From: Escherichia phage 235Ecol030PP
Sequence record: PP355091.1
Reading direction: 5' to 3' (one strand)
Length of the DNA stretch: 64,000 nt
A program made the position numbers and the translations under genes. Shown one piece after another: positions 49,534 through 58,402 of the stretch (positions are counted from its first letter, which is position 1; the number at the start of each line of letters is the position of its first letter). Under the pieces are notes generated by a model. The model was not told the DNA's origin and ran no database searches. It saw only the letters and a list, made by a program, of their open reading frames with translations.

Positions 49534-50442
49534 TTAAGATTTAAGTAAATCAACAATTTTAATTAATTTTTCACGTTCAGATTTAGCTTTACTACTCAAT
49601 CCAGATAGTCTGAAAATTTCATCATCATATTGCTGAATAGAAATATTTAGCTCTTCAATCTGCTTATTAAAATAAGCAATTTGTTCAGAATGTTTTTCAT
49701 TACTGCGAACTGGTACAGGTTTTGTAGGTAATTTAGATGAACTGGATTCATCCGGGCGATAAATTAAAATACAATTTGAACCAATCGGACATTTAGCACC
49801 AGACACATATTCTAATGTTCCGGCTTCTTTTAAAACTTCAAAAGCTAAACAGAGATGATGCCCCATATTAACATAATCTGTAGAGCGAGCTCTGATGTAA
49901 TAATCATCTCCACGAGTACTAAATTTAAAGCATTTAAGGTCTTCTGTATTATTAGTTTTAAAAATCATTTGTTTATCTAGACCTTTAGCTAATCGAGCGC
50001 CTAATGCTAATAATCGTCGTTGATTTTCCCACAAATCCGCAATCATTTGGTCAAATGATAATTTCGGCATTAGTCGACCATAAAGGTCGTATCCTTTATT
50101 ATAATTGCGAAGGATTTCACTCGCGTTAATGCGAGACAACGCTCCAATTTTATTAAGGGCTTTCATGATGCGATTAGATAAACCCATTCCAGACCCGTTT
50201 GTTCGTTGTAAATGTTTATCTAATCCAAACCCAATATCAACTTTAAATTTATCTAAAATTTCAGCATGAACATCTCTGTCAATAACATTCAAATCCAAAG
50301 TTGGGTTAAATCTATGAAAAAATTTATCTGGCTCTCCACGACGAAGTACAGTCCATTCATTCAATTTTTTATTAACTAAAGATTTAATTACTGCATTGAC
50401 ATTATTAATTACTACTGACATATTTTCCTCACTCAATTTCAA
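49534..50442 (-). CDS. hypothetical protein with C-terminal coiled coil, 302 aa
   Basis: ORF; C-terminal QIEELNISIQQYDDEIFRL... Confidence 0.65.
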   Translation of the reverse strand: MKLSEENMSVVINNVNAVIKSLVNKKLNEWTVLRRGEPDKFFHRFNPTLDLNVIDRDVHAEILDKFKVDIGFGLDKHLQRTNGSGMGLSNRIMKALNKIGALSRINASEILRNYNKGYDLYGRLMPKLSFDQMIADLWENQRRLLALGARLAKGLDKQMIFKTNNTEDLKCFKFSTRGDDYYIRARSTDYVNMGHHLCLAFEVLKEAGTLEYVSGAKCPIGSNCILIYRPDESSSSKLPTKPVPVRSNEKHSEQIAYFNKQIEELNISIQQYDDEIFRLSGLSSKAKSEREKLIKIVDLLKS

Positions 50443-50836
50443 TTTTACTAAATATACAGAATAAGATGGAACAGACTATATAAGCACCACACACAGATTG
50501 AACTAATACCATTCCAAAGAACCAAACAATATTATCAAACAATGTCTGTTTTACGTCGAAAGGACGTAAACTTACAGTAATATTATCGTCTTTTTCTATT
50601 GAAGAATACATCTCTGGGGAAATATATTCACTAAATCTATAACCGTCTTTGAGTTCATATACGGCAATAAACGATAAACTAGACCCCTTTCCTTGAGTTC
50701 CTGTAAGGGTATTAACTACAGTAACATCATAATCTTTATAATGCATATAATCATTAATTGCGTAATAACCATATGCAACTACTACACATAAACAACATAT
50801 CAATAAATTCAATCTTTTAATTATCAACTGTTTCAT
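50429..50836 (-). CDS. membrane protein, 135 aa
   Basis: N- and C-terminal hydrophobic helices. Confidence 0.55.
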   Translation of the reverse strand: MKQLIIKRLNLLICCLCVVVAYGYYAINDYMHYKDYDVTVVNTLTGTQGKGSSLSFIAVYELKDGYRFSEYISPEMYSSIEKDDNITVSLRPFDVKQTLFDNIVWFFGMVLVQSVCGAYIVCSILFCIFSKIEIE

Positions 50837-50891
50837 AATAATCTCAATTAAAAGGGCTTAGAACCATTATACCATCCTTGGTATAAAGCGG

Positions 50892-51419
50892 TTATGCGAG
50901 TACCGTCTTTAACCGTTCTTCAAACTTCCGAAGAGTATTTTGGCGTTCAGCTCTTTGCTTTTTGTAAGTTTCAATACGCTCTGAAATGAGAGTGTATCGT
51001 TCATTTACTGATTCTTTCATAAAATCAGGAATTTCACGAGAAGCTTTAATCTCGTCAAATTTATCAATAACAGCTTGCTCTTCAGCAATTAAGTTATCAT
51101 ACATCAAAATATCTTTCTTGATGAACTCAATATCTTCTTGAGTTACACGAGATAATTTAGATGCTTTATCCTTTTTGTACTGTTCGTTAGTATCACGAGA
51201 CCAGTGTAATGTACGATTTTTATTCGTATTCTTGTAAATTTCTACAATACCAATCTCATCAATAATAACGATCCAATTCCAACGGGATTTGTAAATTTGT
51301 CCTCCATCAACCGTGATTTCACCTCCGATTGAGATGTCATTAAAGAACTTGCTTTGTGCTTCAGATTTAAATTTACCATCGTTGTAATTTACCAGGTTGA
51401 AAATATCTTTAGCGTTCAT
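50892..51419 (-). CDS. hypothetical protein, ~175 aa (start trimmed)
   Basis: SD GGAGGAA before ATG; upstream track extension is a translated promoter. Confidence 0.6.
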   Translation of the reverse strand: MNAKDIFNLVNYNDGKFKSEAQSKFFNDISIGGEITVDGGQIYKSRWNWIVIIDEIGIVEIYKNTNKNRTLHWSRDTNEQYKKDKASKLSRVTQEDIEFIKKDILMYDNLIAEEQAVIDKFDEIKASREIPDFMKESVNERYTLISERIETYKKQRAERQNTLRKFEERLKTVLA

Positions 51420-51447
51420 TTTGTGTTCCTCCGTAGTTGATAGTTGT

Positions 51448-51477
51448 ATAGTACCACAGAGGAACGGTCTTGTAAAC
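51448..51477 (-). promoter_or_regulatory. T4-type early promoter with conserved leader
   Basis: GTTTAC-18nt-TGGTACTAT. Confidence 0.7.
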
Positions 51478-51479
51478 AA

Positions 51480-51794
51480 CTAAAAGAAACTTCTTTCACA
51501 ATTTTTTCCACTGAACCACGCACTCACTGCTTTCTTAGTCTCAGGAGCAGTGTTATCCATAAACCATTCAAAGGCAGCCTTTTTATGATTCTGGAGGGCT
51601 TCTCGGGCTTTAATCTGCTCACGGTCTATTAACACTAACATATGAGCCTTTCTTGTCACCAGGGGCTTCTTATGATTTTTTGAATACTCCCAATCATTTG
51701 TCCATCGCATCGTTGTTGCGAACTGAAATACTGCTTCTTTAATTTTAGTTTCGTAAATTTCACGAGCCTTTGAGTATAACATCATTACCTCCAT
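51480..51794 (-). CDS. hypothetical protein, 104 aa
   Basis: ORF. Confidence 0.5.
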   Translation of the reverse strand: MEVMMLYSKAREIYETKIKEAVFQFATTMRWTNDWEYSKNHKKPLVTRKAHMLVLIDREQIKAREALQNHKKAAFEWFMDNTAPETKKAVSAWFSGKNCERSFF

Positions 51795-51884
51795 TTACCA
51801 GTTTAATTCTAGTCATCTTTTTGATGGCAGTCCATATAATCTATTTCTGAACTGCCTTTTTGTCTTAGAAGGCCTCTTATGAAT

Positions 51885-52871
51885 TTATTTCAGAAGAGTA
51901 ACCTCAGCGATTTCTTGCCAACCGTTTTTGTCGGTCATAATAAAGTCAGCAAGATAAAGAGCAGTACGCAGTGAAACATTGCGTAAACGATTAACATTAA
52001 CTTTCATCCATGATAATGCTTTATAAGTTTCTTCATCAGAAAGACCGCGCTTTTGCATCATGTCGGTTGAAAGAATAACATCTTCAACCCTGACCATAAT
52101 TTCTTCATTAGTGTGAACACCCAAATCTAAATAAACTGAGCGGGACACTAATGCTTGTAAATGTGGAGCAAGTTTAGTACCACGGTCTAATTCGCGGTCA
52201 ATGTCAACGTTTGTGATAAAAACAATCGTTCCTTTAAATTCAAACTCACGCTCAATGCCTTTTTCTTCTAAGTAAGAAGATGCAGTGCTCCAGCAGACTT
52301 TACGGGTCTCTCCAGTGTCCAGAGCAGCTTTCAGAAGATTAAGAATGTCCATATCAGAGAAAACATCCACATCATCAATCAAAAGGACAGAATTCTCTTC
52401 ACGATTATTCCAAAGCTGTTCATAAAGACCGATACCAGAGATTTTACCATTAATGCTTTTATACTCAATGTATCCAATATCATTTGCTTTATTTAAAGCT
52501 TTATCTAAAGAATACGTTTTACCAATACCTGCTGCTCCCGAGATAATTAATGAACGAATGTTTCCGTTAATAATACCATTCGTCATCATTCCCATAACAT
52601 TAAATCTTTTATTAATGCGGGTTTTCATATCTTCATATGATTCTTTAACTTCTTCAACTTTTACACCATCATATGAAATGTCTGATTTGTAAACCCAAAC
52701 ACCGCGACGTTTACCGTCAATTTCAACAAAAACTTTACCATCTCCTTGTGCATCTACCGGAGCATTATCTGGGAACCATTCGCCTAAGAGCTCAAAAGTT
52801 CCAGAGATTTCTTTACCGAAGTAGATACCCTTATTGATAGTTACAGTTTTCATTTTATTCTCCAATTTCAC
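51885..52871 (-). CDS. AAA-like P-loop ATPase, 328 aa
   Basis: Walker A GAAGIGKT, Walker B VLLIDDVD. Confidence 0.7.
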   Translation of the reverse strand: MKLENKMKTVTINKGIYFGKEISGTFELLGEWFPDNAPVDAQGDGKVFVEIDGKRRGVWVYKSDISYDGVKVEEVKESYEDMKTRINKRFNVMGMMTNGIINGNIRSLIISGAAGIGKTYSLDKALNKANDIGYIEYKSINGKISGIGLYEQLWNNREENSVLLIDDVDVFSDMDILNLLKAALDTGETRKVCWSTASSYLEEKGIEREFEFKGTIVFITNVDIDRELDRGTKLAPHLQALVSRSVYLDLGVHTNEEIMVRVEDVILSTDMMQKRGLSDEETYKALSWMKVNVNRLRNVSLRTALYLADFIMTDKNGWQEIAEVTLLK

Positions 52872-52889
52872 ATTTGTTTTGATAGGGTA

Positions 52890-52919
52890 ATAGTATCACA
52901 CTACTACCCTTCTGTAAAC
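52890..52919 (-). promoter_or_regulatory. T4-type early promoter
   Basis: GTTTAC-18nt-TACTAT. Confidence 0.6.
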
Positions 52920-52922
52920 AAT

Positions 52923-53186
52923 TTATTTTAACATTCGCCAAATTTTTACTGCTTCGCGACGAGATACTTCTACAGCTCCAAGTTCTACAGCTTTTTGGCG
53001 TCGCCGAGCGTGTAAGTCATAATGTTTAATGCGTTTATCTTGAAACCAAGAACGTTTCATTCCTATTGCTTCTGCCATTTCATGAAGCTCTTCAATATCT
53101 CCATCAGTGAACATATGACAATTTTTAGTTGGATGACCGCGAAGTTTCCATCCATGATTCATTAAAACATCTACGTAAACTGTCAT
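52923..53186 (-). CDS. hypothetical protein, 87 aa
   Basis: ORF. Confidence 0.5.
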   Translation of the reverse strand: MTVYVDVLMNHGWKLRGHPTKNCHMFTDGDIEELHEMAEAIGMKRSWFQDKRIKHYDLHARRRQKAVELGAVEVSRREAVKIWRMLK

Positions 53187-53332
53187 TGATTCTTCTCCAA
53201 ATAAGTTTCGATAATTTTCTGGGCGAGATAAACCGCGTTATCTTCAGTTGCGTCTTCTAAGAAACTTTCAAAACACTCTGAAATTTCTTCTGTGTCAATC
53301 AATTTTTTTACTTCAATTGGTGTAATTTTCAT
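53183..53332 (-). CDS. small acidic protein, ~50 aa (start trimmed)
   Basis: ATG downstream of early promoter 53370-53399. Confidence 0.4.
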   Translation of the reverse strand: MKITPIEVKKLIDTEEISECFESFLEDATEDNAVYLAQKIIETYLEKNQ

Positions 53333-53369
53333 TTTGTTTTTCCGTTTAAGTGTTTGTTTTGATAGTTGT

Positions 53370-53399
53370 ATAGTACCATAAAGCTTTATGCTTGTAAAC
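53370..53399 (-). promoter_or_regulatory. T4-type early promoter with conserved leader
   Basis: GTTTAC-18nt-TGGTACTAT. Confidence 0.7.
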
Positions 53400-53420
53400 C
53401 ACTTTGTGAAAAAATTTTTG

Positions 53421-53448
53421 AAATAAAAAAGGGAGCCCGAAGGCTCCC
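53421..53448 (-). terminator. terminator after the nucleotidyltransferase-fold gene
   Basis: GGGAGCC-UUCG-GGCUCCC hairpin followed by U-rich tract. Confidence 0.65.
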
Positions 53449-53450
53449 TA

Positions 53451-54464
53451 TCATTTATAATAACTTCGGTGGTTTTCAAGATAGACCTTCTCAAGGAAGT
53501 CATCCCAAAAACTCATGTCTACTGTTTTAGGCATACCGTTCTTAGAAGCTTCAGTAGATGCTGCTTCTACTTGATCGACCACATCTTCCAAAAACTCTTG
53601 AACTGTTTTAAATGGATGTTTACCCAACTTCACGTCGAGAATAAATGGAGCATCTTGAAGTGGATAGACTAAGTCACCAGTTTTGTAAATTTCCAATAGT
53701 TGGAGTCCACCACGGCAAGCATGACTCAGAGCTTTCCAGTCAATGCCTTCATTGGCTTCGGCCTTACGAGCACGTTCACCGTATTCAGCATCTAATTTGT
53801 TCAGTGACTGCTTAAGCTCAATAAGAGAAAGCGTTGTCTGATATTTACGACCCAACACAGTGTAGAACATTTGTGGGCCTGTTTTCTCATGATTATGGAA
53901 CACCCATTCACAGAACTCGTTTTCAGGGAGTCTGTGTTTGATATCTTCTACCTTAGTACGACGAAGTCTATCAGGGATTCCTTCTTGATAATCAACCCAC
54001 TGATCGGGGATTTGATTAACTACTTTCAATACATCACGCAATGCGGCCAAACGAGAGCCCTTAACACCATATTTAGAAGCTTGCTTGCGAACATATCCTA
54101 AATAGGATTTCATGTTAGTTGTATAAAACCGTGAACGATTGTCTTGAATAAACTTCCATACATCAGGCAAATCAGATTTAACTACCAGTTCAGGTGGAGT
54201 ATGGAGCATATCCAATGCCACAGTTTCACCATCTGCTGCTAATTTAAAGAAATATTTAAGACTGTATAGTTCATGGTCAATATCATCTTTAGTGTTTTTA
54301 GATGATGTGTTGTTAGTGTTTTTACTCATATGCTCTTTAACATTTCCGATAAGAATATCGCGAGCAGGAGGAACAAAGATTTCTTTAAAATCTACATCAG
54401 ATTCTGGAGTAGAAGTTCCATAAAGATGACTACCAAAATAACTTTTCATTACTGTTTTCATCAT
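53451..54464 (-). CDS. nucleotidyltransferase-fold protein (Pol-beta-like GS...DxD at N-terminus), 337 aa
   Basis: YFGSHLYGTSTPESDVDF; terminator hairpin immediately downstream. Confidence 0.6.
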   Translation of the reverse strand: MMKTVMKSYFGSHLYGTSTPESDVDFKEIFVPPARDILIGNVKEHMSKNTNNTSSKNTKDDIDHELYSLKYFFKLAADGETVALDMLHTPPELVVKSDLPDVWKFIQDNRSRFYTTNMKSYLGYVRKQASKYGVKGSRLAALRDVLKVVNQIPDQWVDYQEGIPDRLRRTKVEDIKHRLPENEFCEWVFHNHEKTGPQMFYTVLGRKYQTTLSLIELKQSLNKLDAEYGERARKAEANEGIDWKALSHACRGGLQLLEIYKTGDLVYPLQDAPFILDVKLGKHPFKTVQEFLEDVVDQVEAASTEASKNGMPKTVDMSFWDDFLEKVYLENHRSYYK

Positions 54465-54946
54465 TCAGCCTTATATTCAATAACAGGACATACTTTAGCT
54501 TTACGAGCTTTTAAAAATTCAACGATAATCGATTTCTTGGGTTGAATAGGCTCAAGTCCATTTTTGATTCGTTCTTCGTTTTGTACAATGAGCTCAATTT
54601 CTTTATTGAGCTTTCGGTCGTTATATTTGTCTAACAACCAGGAAGGACCAATTACCGCCCCAACAGCAATAAGAACCATAACCGATAATGCTAAAATGCC
54701 TATACCAATTGAAGCCGGAACTAATGTCCATAGACTACTAAAGACAAAGAATTTAATTAAAATTTCTTGGCCAATTATTGCGGCACCTGCTAAAGTTGCA
54801 AATCCAACAATTGAAACAGCTAATACCGGGAGAAACGTTTTCCAAAAATAAGCACATAACGTTTTTGGACGATTCCATGTGCTATTAAATGCCGAGTAAA
54901 TTTTATAGTGCCAAGAGTTTTCATTAATAATCATAATTATAATCAT
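54461..54946 (-). CDS. membrane protein, 161 aa
   Basis: 2-3 predicted transmembrane helices. Confidence 0.55.
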   Translation of the reverse strand: MIIIMIINENSWHYKIYSAFNSTWNRPKTLCAYFWKTFLPVLAVSIVGFATLAGAAIIGQEILIKFFVFSSLWTLVPASIGIGILALSVMVLIAVGAVIGPSWLLDKYNDRKLNKEIELIVQNEERIKNGLEPIQPKKSIIVEFLKARKAKVCPVIEYKAE

Positions 54947-55464
54947 CCTTTCATTGAAGGTGTAACAGTTGTTAAATACTTAATCATAGCTTCAGCTTCT
55001 GATTTTGATAATGAAATTTCTCCATTGTTTTGACGAATAGAAATAAAATCCGGATGACGGTCACCACCAGCTTTTAAAACACACATATAAGTATCAGTTT
55101 CGCCTTCAATATTTGAAATGATTGAAGCAGTTCCACATGAATGCGGTTTTTGATAAATCAATACAGCTTTTCTTCCACCGTTTGACTGTTCATAGGCTTT
55201 TAATACATCAAGCAAATCAGTTCTTTTATCAATAGCTAAGATGTTATTTTCATCTTCAATATTAAATCCTTCGGATACTTCATAAAGAGTTACCCATAAA
55301 TCACCGATGTCAATAACAGCATTTACTTTTCCACGGCTTTCAAGAGTATGACAAATTTTCTTGATTTCATCATAACTCATTTTAATAATATCATCTCCTT
55401 GAATAAGGAAGATGTCATTTTTAAATTCAACGCGAATTAAACCACTTCCACTTGAAATAAACAT
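54943..55464 (-). CDS. hypothetical protein, 173 aa (paralog of 55471..56034)
   Basis: shared GFNIE and KSEAEAMIKYLTTVTPSM-type C-terminus. Confidence 0.6.
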   Translation of the reverse strand: MFISSGSGLIRVEFKNDIFLIQGDDIIKMSYDEIKKICHTLESRGKVNAVIDIGDLWVTLYEVSEGFNIEDENNILAIDKRTDLLDVLKAYEQSNGGRKAVLIYQKPHSCGTASIISNIEGETDTYMCVLKAGGDRHPDFISIRQNNGEISLSKSEAEAMIKYLTTVTPSMKG

Positions 55465-55470
55465 ATTTCC

Positions 55471-56034
55471 TCACTTTGAAATCATAGTTGGAATGACAGA
55501 ATCAAGATAAGTCTTTAGTGCAATAGCTTCGTCTTTGGTAAATGTGACAATATGTGCTCGAGAATCATCAATTTGACGAATAGTTAAGACATCTCCTTCT
55601 TCATAGCATTTTGATACATTTAAAACAGTTTCATCATTCTGATCGCACTGATCGCAAGCGTTAGTAATAATAGCATTGCAATTTTTAAGCCATTTTAAAC
55701 TGTGTTTTCTTTCATTAGAATAATAAAAATATTTAATGTAAGTTATAAAATTATCCCAATTATTAATTGATAAGCATATTGACTCGCTTTCAATGTTAAA
55801 TCCTGGGCATAAAGAATAGAAATGAATTTTATGCTCATCATTAATGCTTACAATTTTATCAGTGTAAGGTTTTTCAATTTGGGTTAAATGAATAATTTCG
55901 CTAGGCGTAAAATATAGCATATCGTCTTCTTGCGTCAAACGATACATATTATTTACTTTTTCTATAGCCAATTCACCAAAAAGTGAACTAACTTCTAATA
56001 CTAATCGTTTCATATTAATCCTTTTTATTGGCAC
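55471..56034 (-). CDS. hypothetical protein, 187 aa (paralog of 54943..55464)
   Basis: shared motifs with neighbour. Confidence 0.6.
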   Translation of the reverse strand: MPIKRINMKRLVLEVSSLFGELAIEKVNNMYRLTQEDDMLYFTPSEIIHLTQIEKPYTDKIVSINDEHKIHFYSLCPGFNIESESICLSINNWDNFITYIKYFYYSNERKHSLKWLKNCNAIITNACDQCDQNDETVLNVSKCYEEGDVLTIRQIDDSRAHIVTFTKDEAIALKTYLDSVIPTMISK

Positions 56035-56293
56035 GAATTTGTTCTAAAATTTTAGAATATTCCTTTGTATCAGATTTACGTACAATTGATACACTATAAG
56101 GCATACTATCGGTGTCTTTTATAAAGCGTTCCAAATGACACTCTAACAAAATTTCTGGATTATAAATCGTGTACATCAAATTACCTGTTGCTCCACGATA
56201 TTGGCAGATTTCTACTGATTGAACACCATTCCATAATTTTGTTAAAACTAAATCACCTACTTCTAATTTAGGAAAGCCCATGTTATTCACCAA
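56015..56293 (-). CDS. hypothetical protein, 92 aa
   Basis: ORF. Confidence 0.5.
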   Translation of the reverse strand: MVNNMGFPKLEVGDLVLTKLWNGVQSVEICQYRGATGNLMYTIYNPEILLECHLERFIKDTDSMPYSVSIVRKSDTKEYSKILEQIRANKKD

Positions 56294-56468
56294 TTAAAGT
56301 TTCAATATAAGAATCAAGATTTACTTTAGCTTCTTCCATAAGAGTTTTGTATTTAATCTTGTTAGCATGTCCGGAGAAAGCTGATTCATCAATAATTGTT
56401 GATGTATGAACAGCTTTACTATACGTCTCAATTAATTCTCTTAATTTAAAAGCCTGCTCACTTGTCAT
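56283..56468 (-). CDS. small helical protein, 61 aa (family member)
   Basis: N-terminal M.SEQ..KL..LI pattern shared with four other small ORFs. Confidence 0.5.
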   Translation of the reverse strand: MTSEQAFKLRELIETYSKAVHTSTIIDESAFSGHANKIKYKTLMEEAKVNLDSYIETLIGE

Positions 56469-56600
56469 TACATACTCCTTTGAATAATATCAATAATGTT
56501 GTTCACCAGATTATAAGTAAACATTGGGTAATTATATTGAATCATCACATACACAACAAACAAAACTTTCATTCTCTTCTCCTTGGCAGTTGACAAGATT

Positions 56601-56630
56601 ACTATACCATAACCTTGCCAACTTGTAAAC
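56601..56630 (-). promoter_or_regulatory. T4-type early promoter
   Basis: GTTTAC-18nt-TGGTATAGT. Confidence 0.65.
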
Positions 56631-56795
56631 CGTTAAATGTTGTTTTCAATAAAATTTTGAAGCTTTGTGTGAGCATCAACCATGATTTTCATTTCTTCTT
56701 TTGCGAAAGCTGTACCTCTTTCCCGAGCAGAATACTCATAGTCAGAAACTGCATTAGCATATTCTTCAATTAGCTTCATTAAAAACATCTGCTTT

Positions 56796-56990
56796 TCAGT
56801 TTTCATTATTCCACCTAATCATTTCAAGATATTGAACTAACTTAGCTTTAGATTTATCCAAATCCTTTTTAGCTGCTTCTATACCGTCGTATGAATATCC
56901 TTCACAATGCTCAACTGCTAATTGATATGAATCTATTTCAATATCACGTGCTAATTTAATGATTTTTTCAAACTGTTCGCGTGTTAGCAT
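56796..56990 (-). CDS. small helical protein, 64 aa (family member)
   Basis: MLTREQFEKIIKL... pattern. Confidence 0.5.
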   Translation of the reverse strand: MLTREQFEKIIKLARDIEIDSYQLAVEHCEGYSYDGIEAAKKDLDKSKAKLVQYLEMIRWNNEN

Positions 56991-56992
56991 AC

Positions 56993-57175
56993 TTAAACTC
57001 TCGTATTATGATCGATAATTTCATCAAGAAACATATCTAACGCTTCTACAGCATTATCAACTTTAGCTTCAAGTTCTTCAATACCTGATAAGGCAAAGTT
57101 AATGCGTTCCTCATCTGCTTTACGAATTAAAGATACCAATTCCTTAATTTTATCCGCTTGTTCGATACTAATCAT
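56993..57175 (-). CDS. small helical protein, ~60 aa (family member; start trimmed)
   Basis: [17 protein letters not shown]... pattern. Confidence 0.45.
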   Translation of the reverse strand: MISIEQADKIKELVSLIRKADEERINFALSGIEELEAKVDNAVEALDMFLDEIIDHNTRV

Positions 57176-57363
57176 TATTCCACCACATATGAAAGAGAGA
57201 ATATTGCACACGCCATGTGAGTTGCAACTTCATCACACATATTATAACGTTTCTTAAGAAGTTCTACAAGTTCTTCACTAGTAACTTCATCCATGTCGAC
57301 GAAAAAATCACCATTAATGATGACGTAGATATTTCCTTCTTGATTGAGTGCTTCAATTTTCAT
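57175..57363 (-). CDS. small protein, ~62 aa (start trimmed)
   Basis: SD GAGGAG before ATG; early promoter upstream. Confidence 0.5.
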
Positions 57364-57391
57364 GATGTTCTCCTCTTTATCCGATAGTTGT

Positions 57392-57421
57392 ATAGTACCA
57401 CAGCTCAAACGGAAAGTAAAC
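57392..57421 (-). promoter_or_regulatory. T4-type early promoter with conserved leader
   Basis: GTTTAC-18nt-TGGTACTAT. Confidence 0.7.
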
Positions 57422-57432
57422 CGGTAAAATGA

Positions 57433-57454
57433 AAAAAGTCTCCCGAAGGAGACT
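57433..57454 (-). terminator. terminator hairpin
   Basis: AGUCUCC-UUCG-GGAGACU followed by U5. Confidence 0.6.
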
Positions 57455-57458
57455 AATG

Positions 57459-57845
57459 TTATTCGAGGGAAAGAAGATACTTACTCTGGTAAAACATTCC
57501 AGTAATATCATCTATCGTGCTTTGGATGGCTGGAGGCATTTCTTTATAAATGCTGTTAGATTGGTCTAGTATGCGATCAATCATTTTAATTGTGTCGGTA
57601 GGAAGTTTACTGGCATCTGGAATTGAAGGTGTGTATTTTCTACCAGAATACCCCAAATATTGCTCACCAAATTTATCAATCAAATCTGGCAACTCGGAGA
57701 AAATAAAATCGTATGCTTTGTGTCTAGCATAACTTTTAGTTTCAAAATGTGCAGAATGAAAATAAGCTTGTGCAGCCATTAATAAACCTAAGTATTCATC
57801 TGCCTTTGAAGGTTTTCCACTTTGTGAAAAGTCACTGAATTTCAT
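57459..57845 (-). CDS. hypothetical protein, 128 aa
   Basis: ORF followed by terminator hairpin. Confidence 0.55.
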
Positions 57846-58135
57846 TCAGTCTCCAATTTAATGTTCATAATTCTAGCGTATGATTGTGCCATCTCCGCGC
57901 CTCGCTCTATACATTCAAAATCAGAAGAGCACGGGTCATTTTTATAGGTCGTTCTCATAAAACTATAGAATTGTTCAGACGATTCTACGCTTTTATTTTC
58001 AAAAAGCATATAAACATGCCTAATACCAGATTCCATAAATTTATCAAAATGAGGATCAACATTCGCTTCAATCGATGGAGATAAAACAAATGACAATCCT
58101 AGCATGGCAAATAGTGCCGTTGCTTTTAAGGCCAT
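57842..58135 (-). CDS. rI: lysis inhibition regulator rI (signal-anchor protein), 97 aa
   Basis: N-terminal signal-anchor MALKATALFAMLGLSFVLS; size 97 aa. Confidence 0.75.
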   Translation of the reverse strand: MALKATALFAMLGLSFVLSPSIEANVDPHFDKFMESGIRHVYMLFENKSVESSEQFYSFMRTTYKNDPCSSDFECIERGAEMAQSYARIMNIKLETE

Positions 58136-58147
58136 AAAGGCCTCCTA

Positions 58148-58360
58148 TCATTTTTGTCCTGTATTTACTTTATGCCGATGCACGGCCTTAACTTTATCAA
58201 GGTATTTTTCAAAATTTCGCAATCTAGTATAGTCTGCCGGAGATTGGTTGAGTGATACTTCTCGACGCAAAGCTGAAATGATATTTCCAACTTCCCTACG
58301 AATTTCATCTAATTGAAGCACAGTAAGATTGCGAAGTTGCTTTTCAGTTAATTGTAGCAT
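58148..58360 (-). CDS. hypothetical protein, 70 aa
   Basis: ORF. Confidence 0.45.
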
Positions 58361-58402
58361 ATATACCCCTTTAGTTAGATAAACCTATTTATAACTTTTG
58401 CA

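Noticed and set aside
56590-56597. Plus-strand TTGACA hexamer suggesting a plus-strand sigma-70 promoter
   Set aside because: No suitable -10 at 16-18 nt spacing on the plus strand; the region is better explained by the minus-strand early promoter at 56601-56630.
50892-57408. N-terminal extensions of several track ORFs containing CGTIQLS or PQGCGIM (50892-51479, 53183-53503, 57175-57408, 47522-48499)
   Set aside because: These residues are translations of the conserved early-promoter sequence (GGTACTATACAACTATC / CCACAAGGATGTGGTATAAT); true starts were moved to the downstream SD-ATG.
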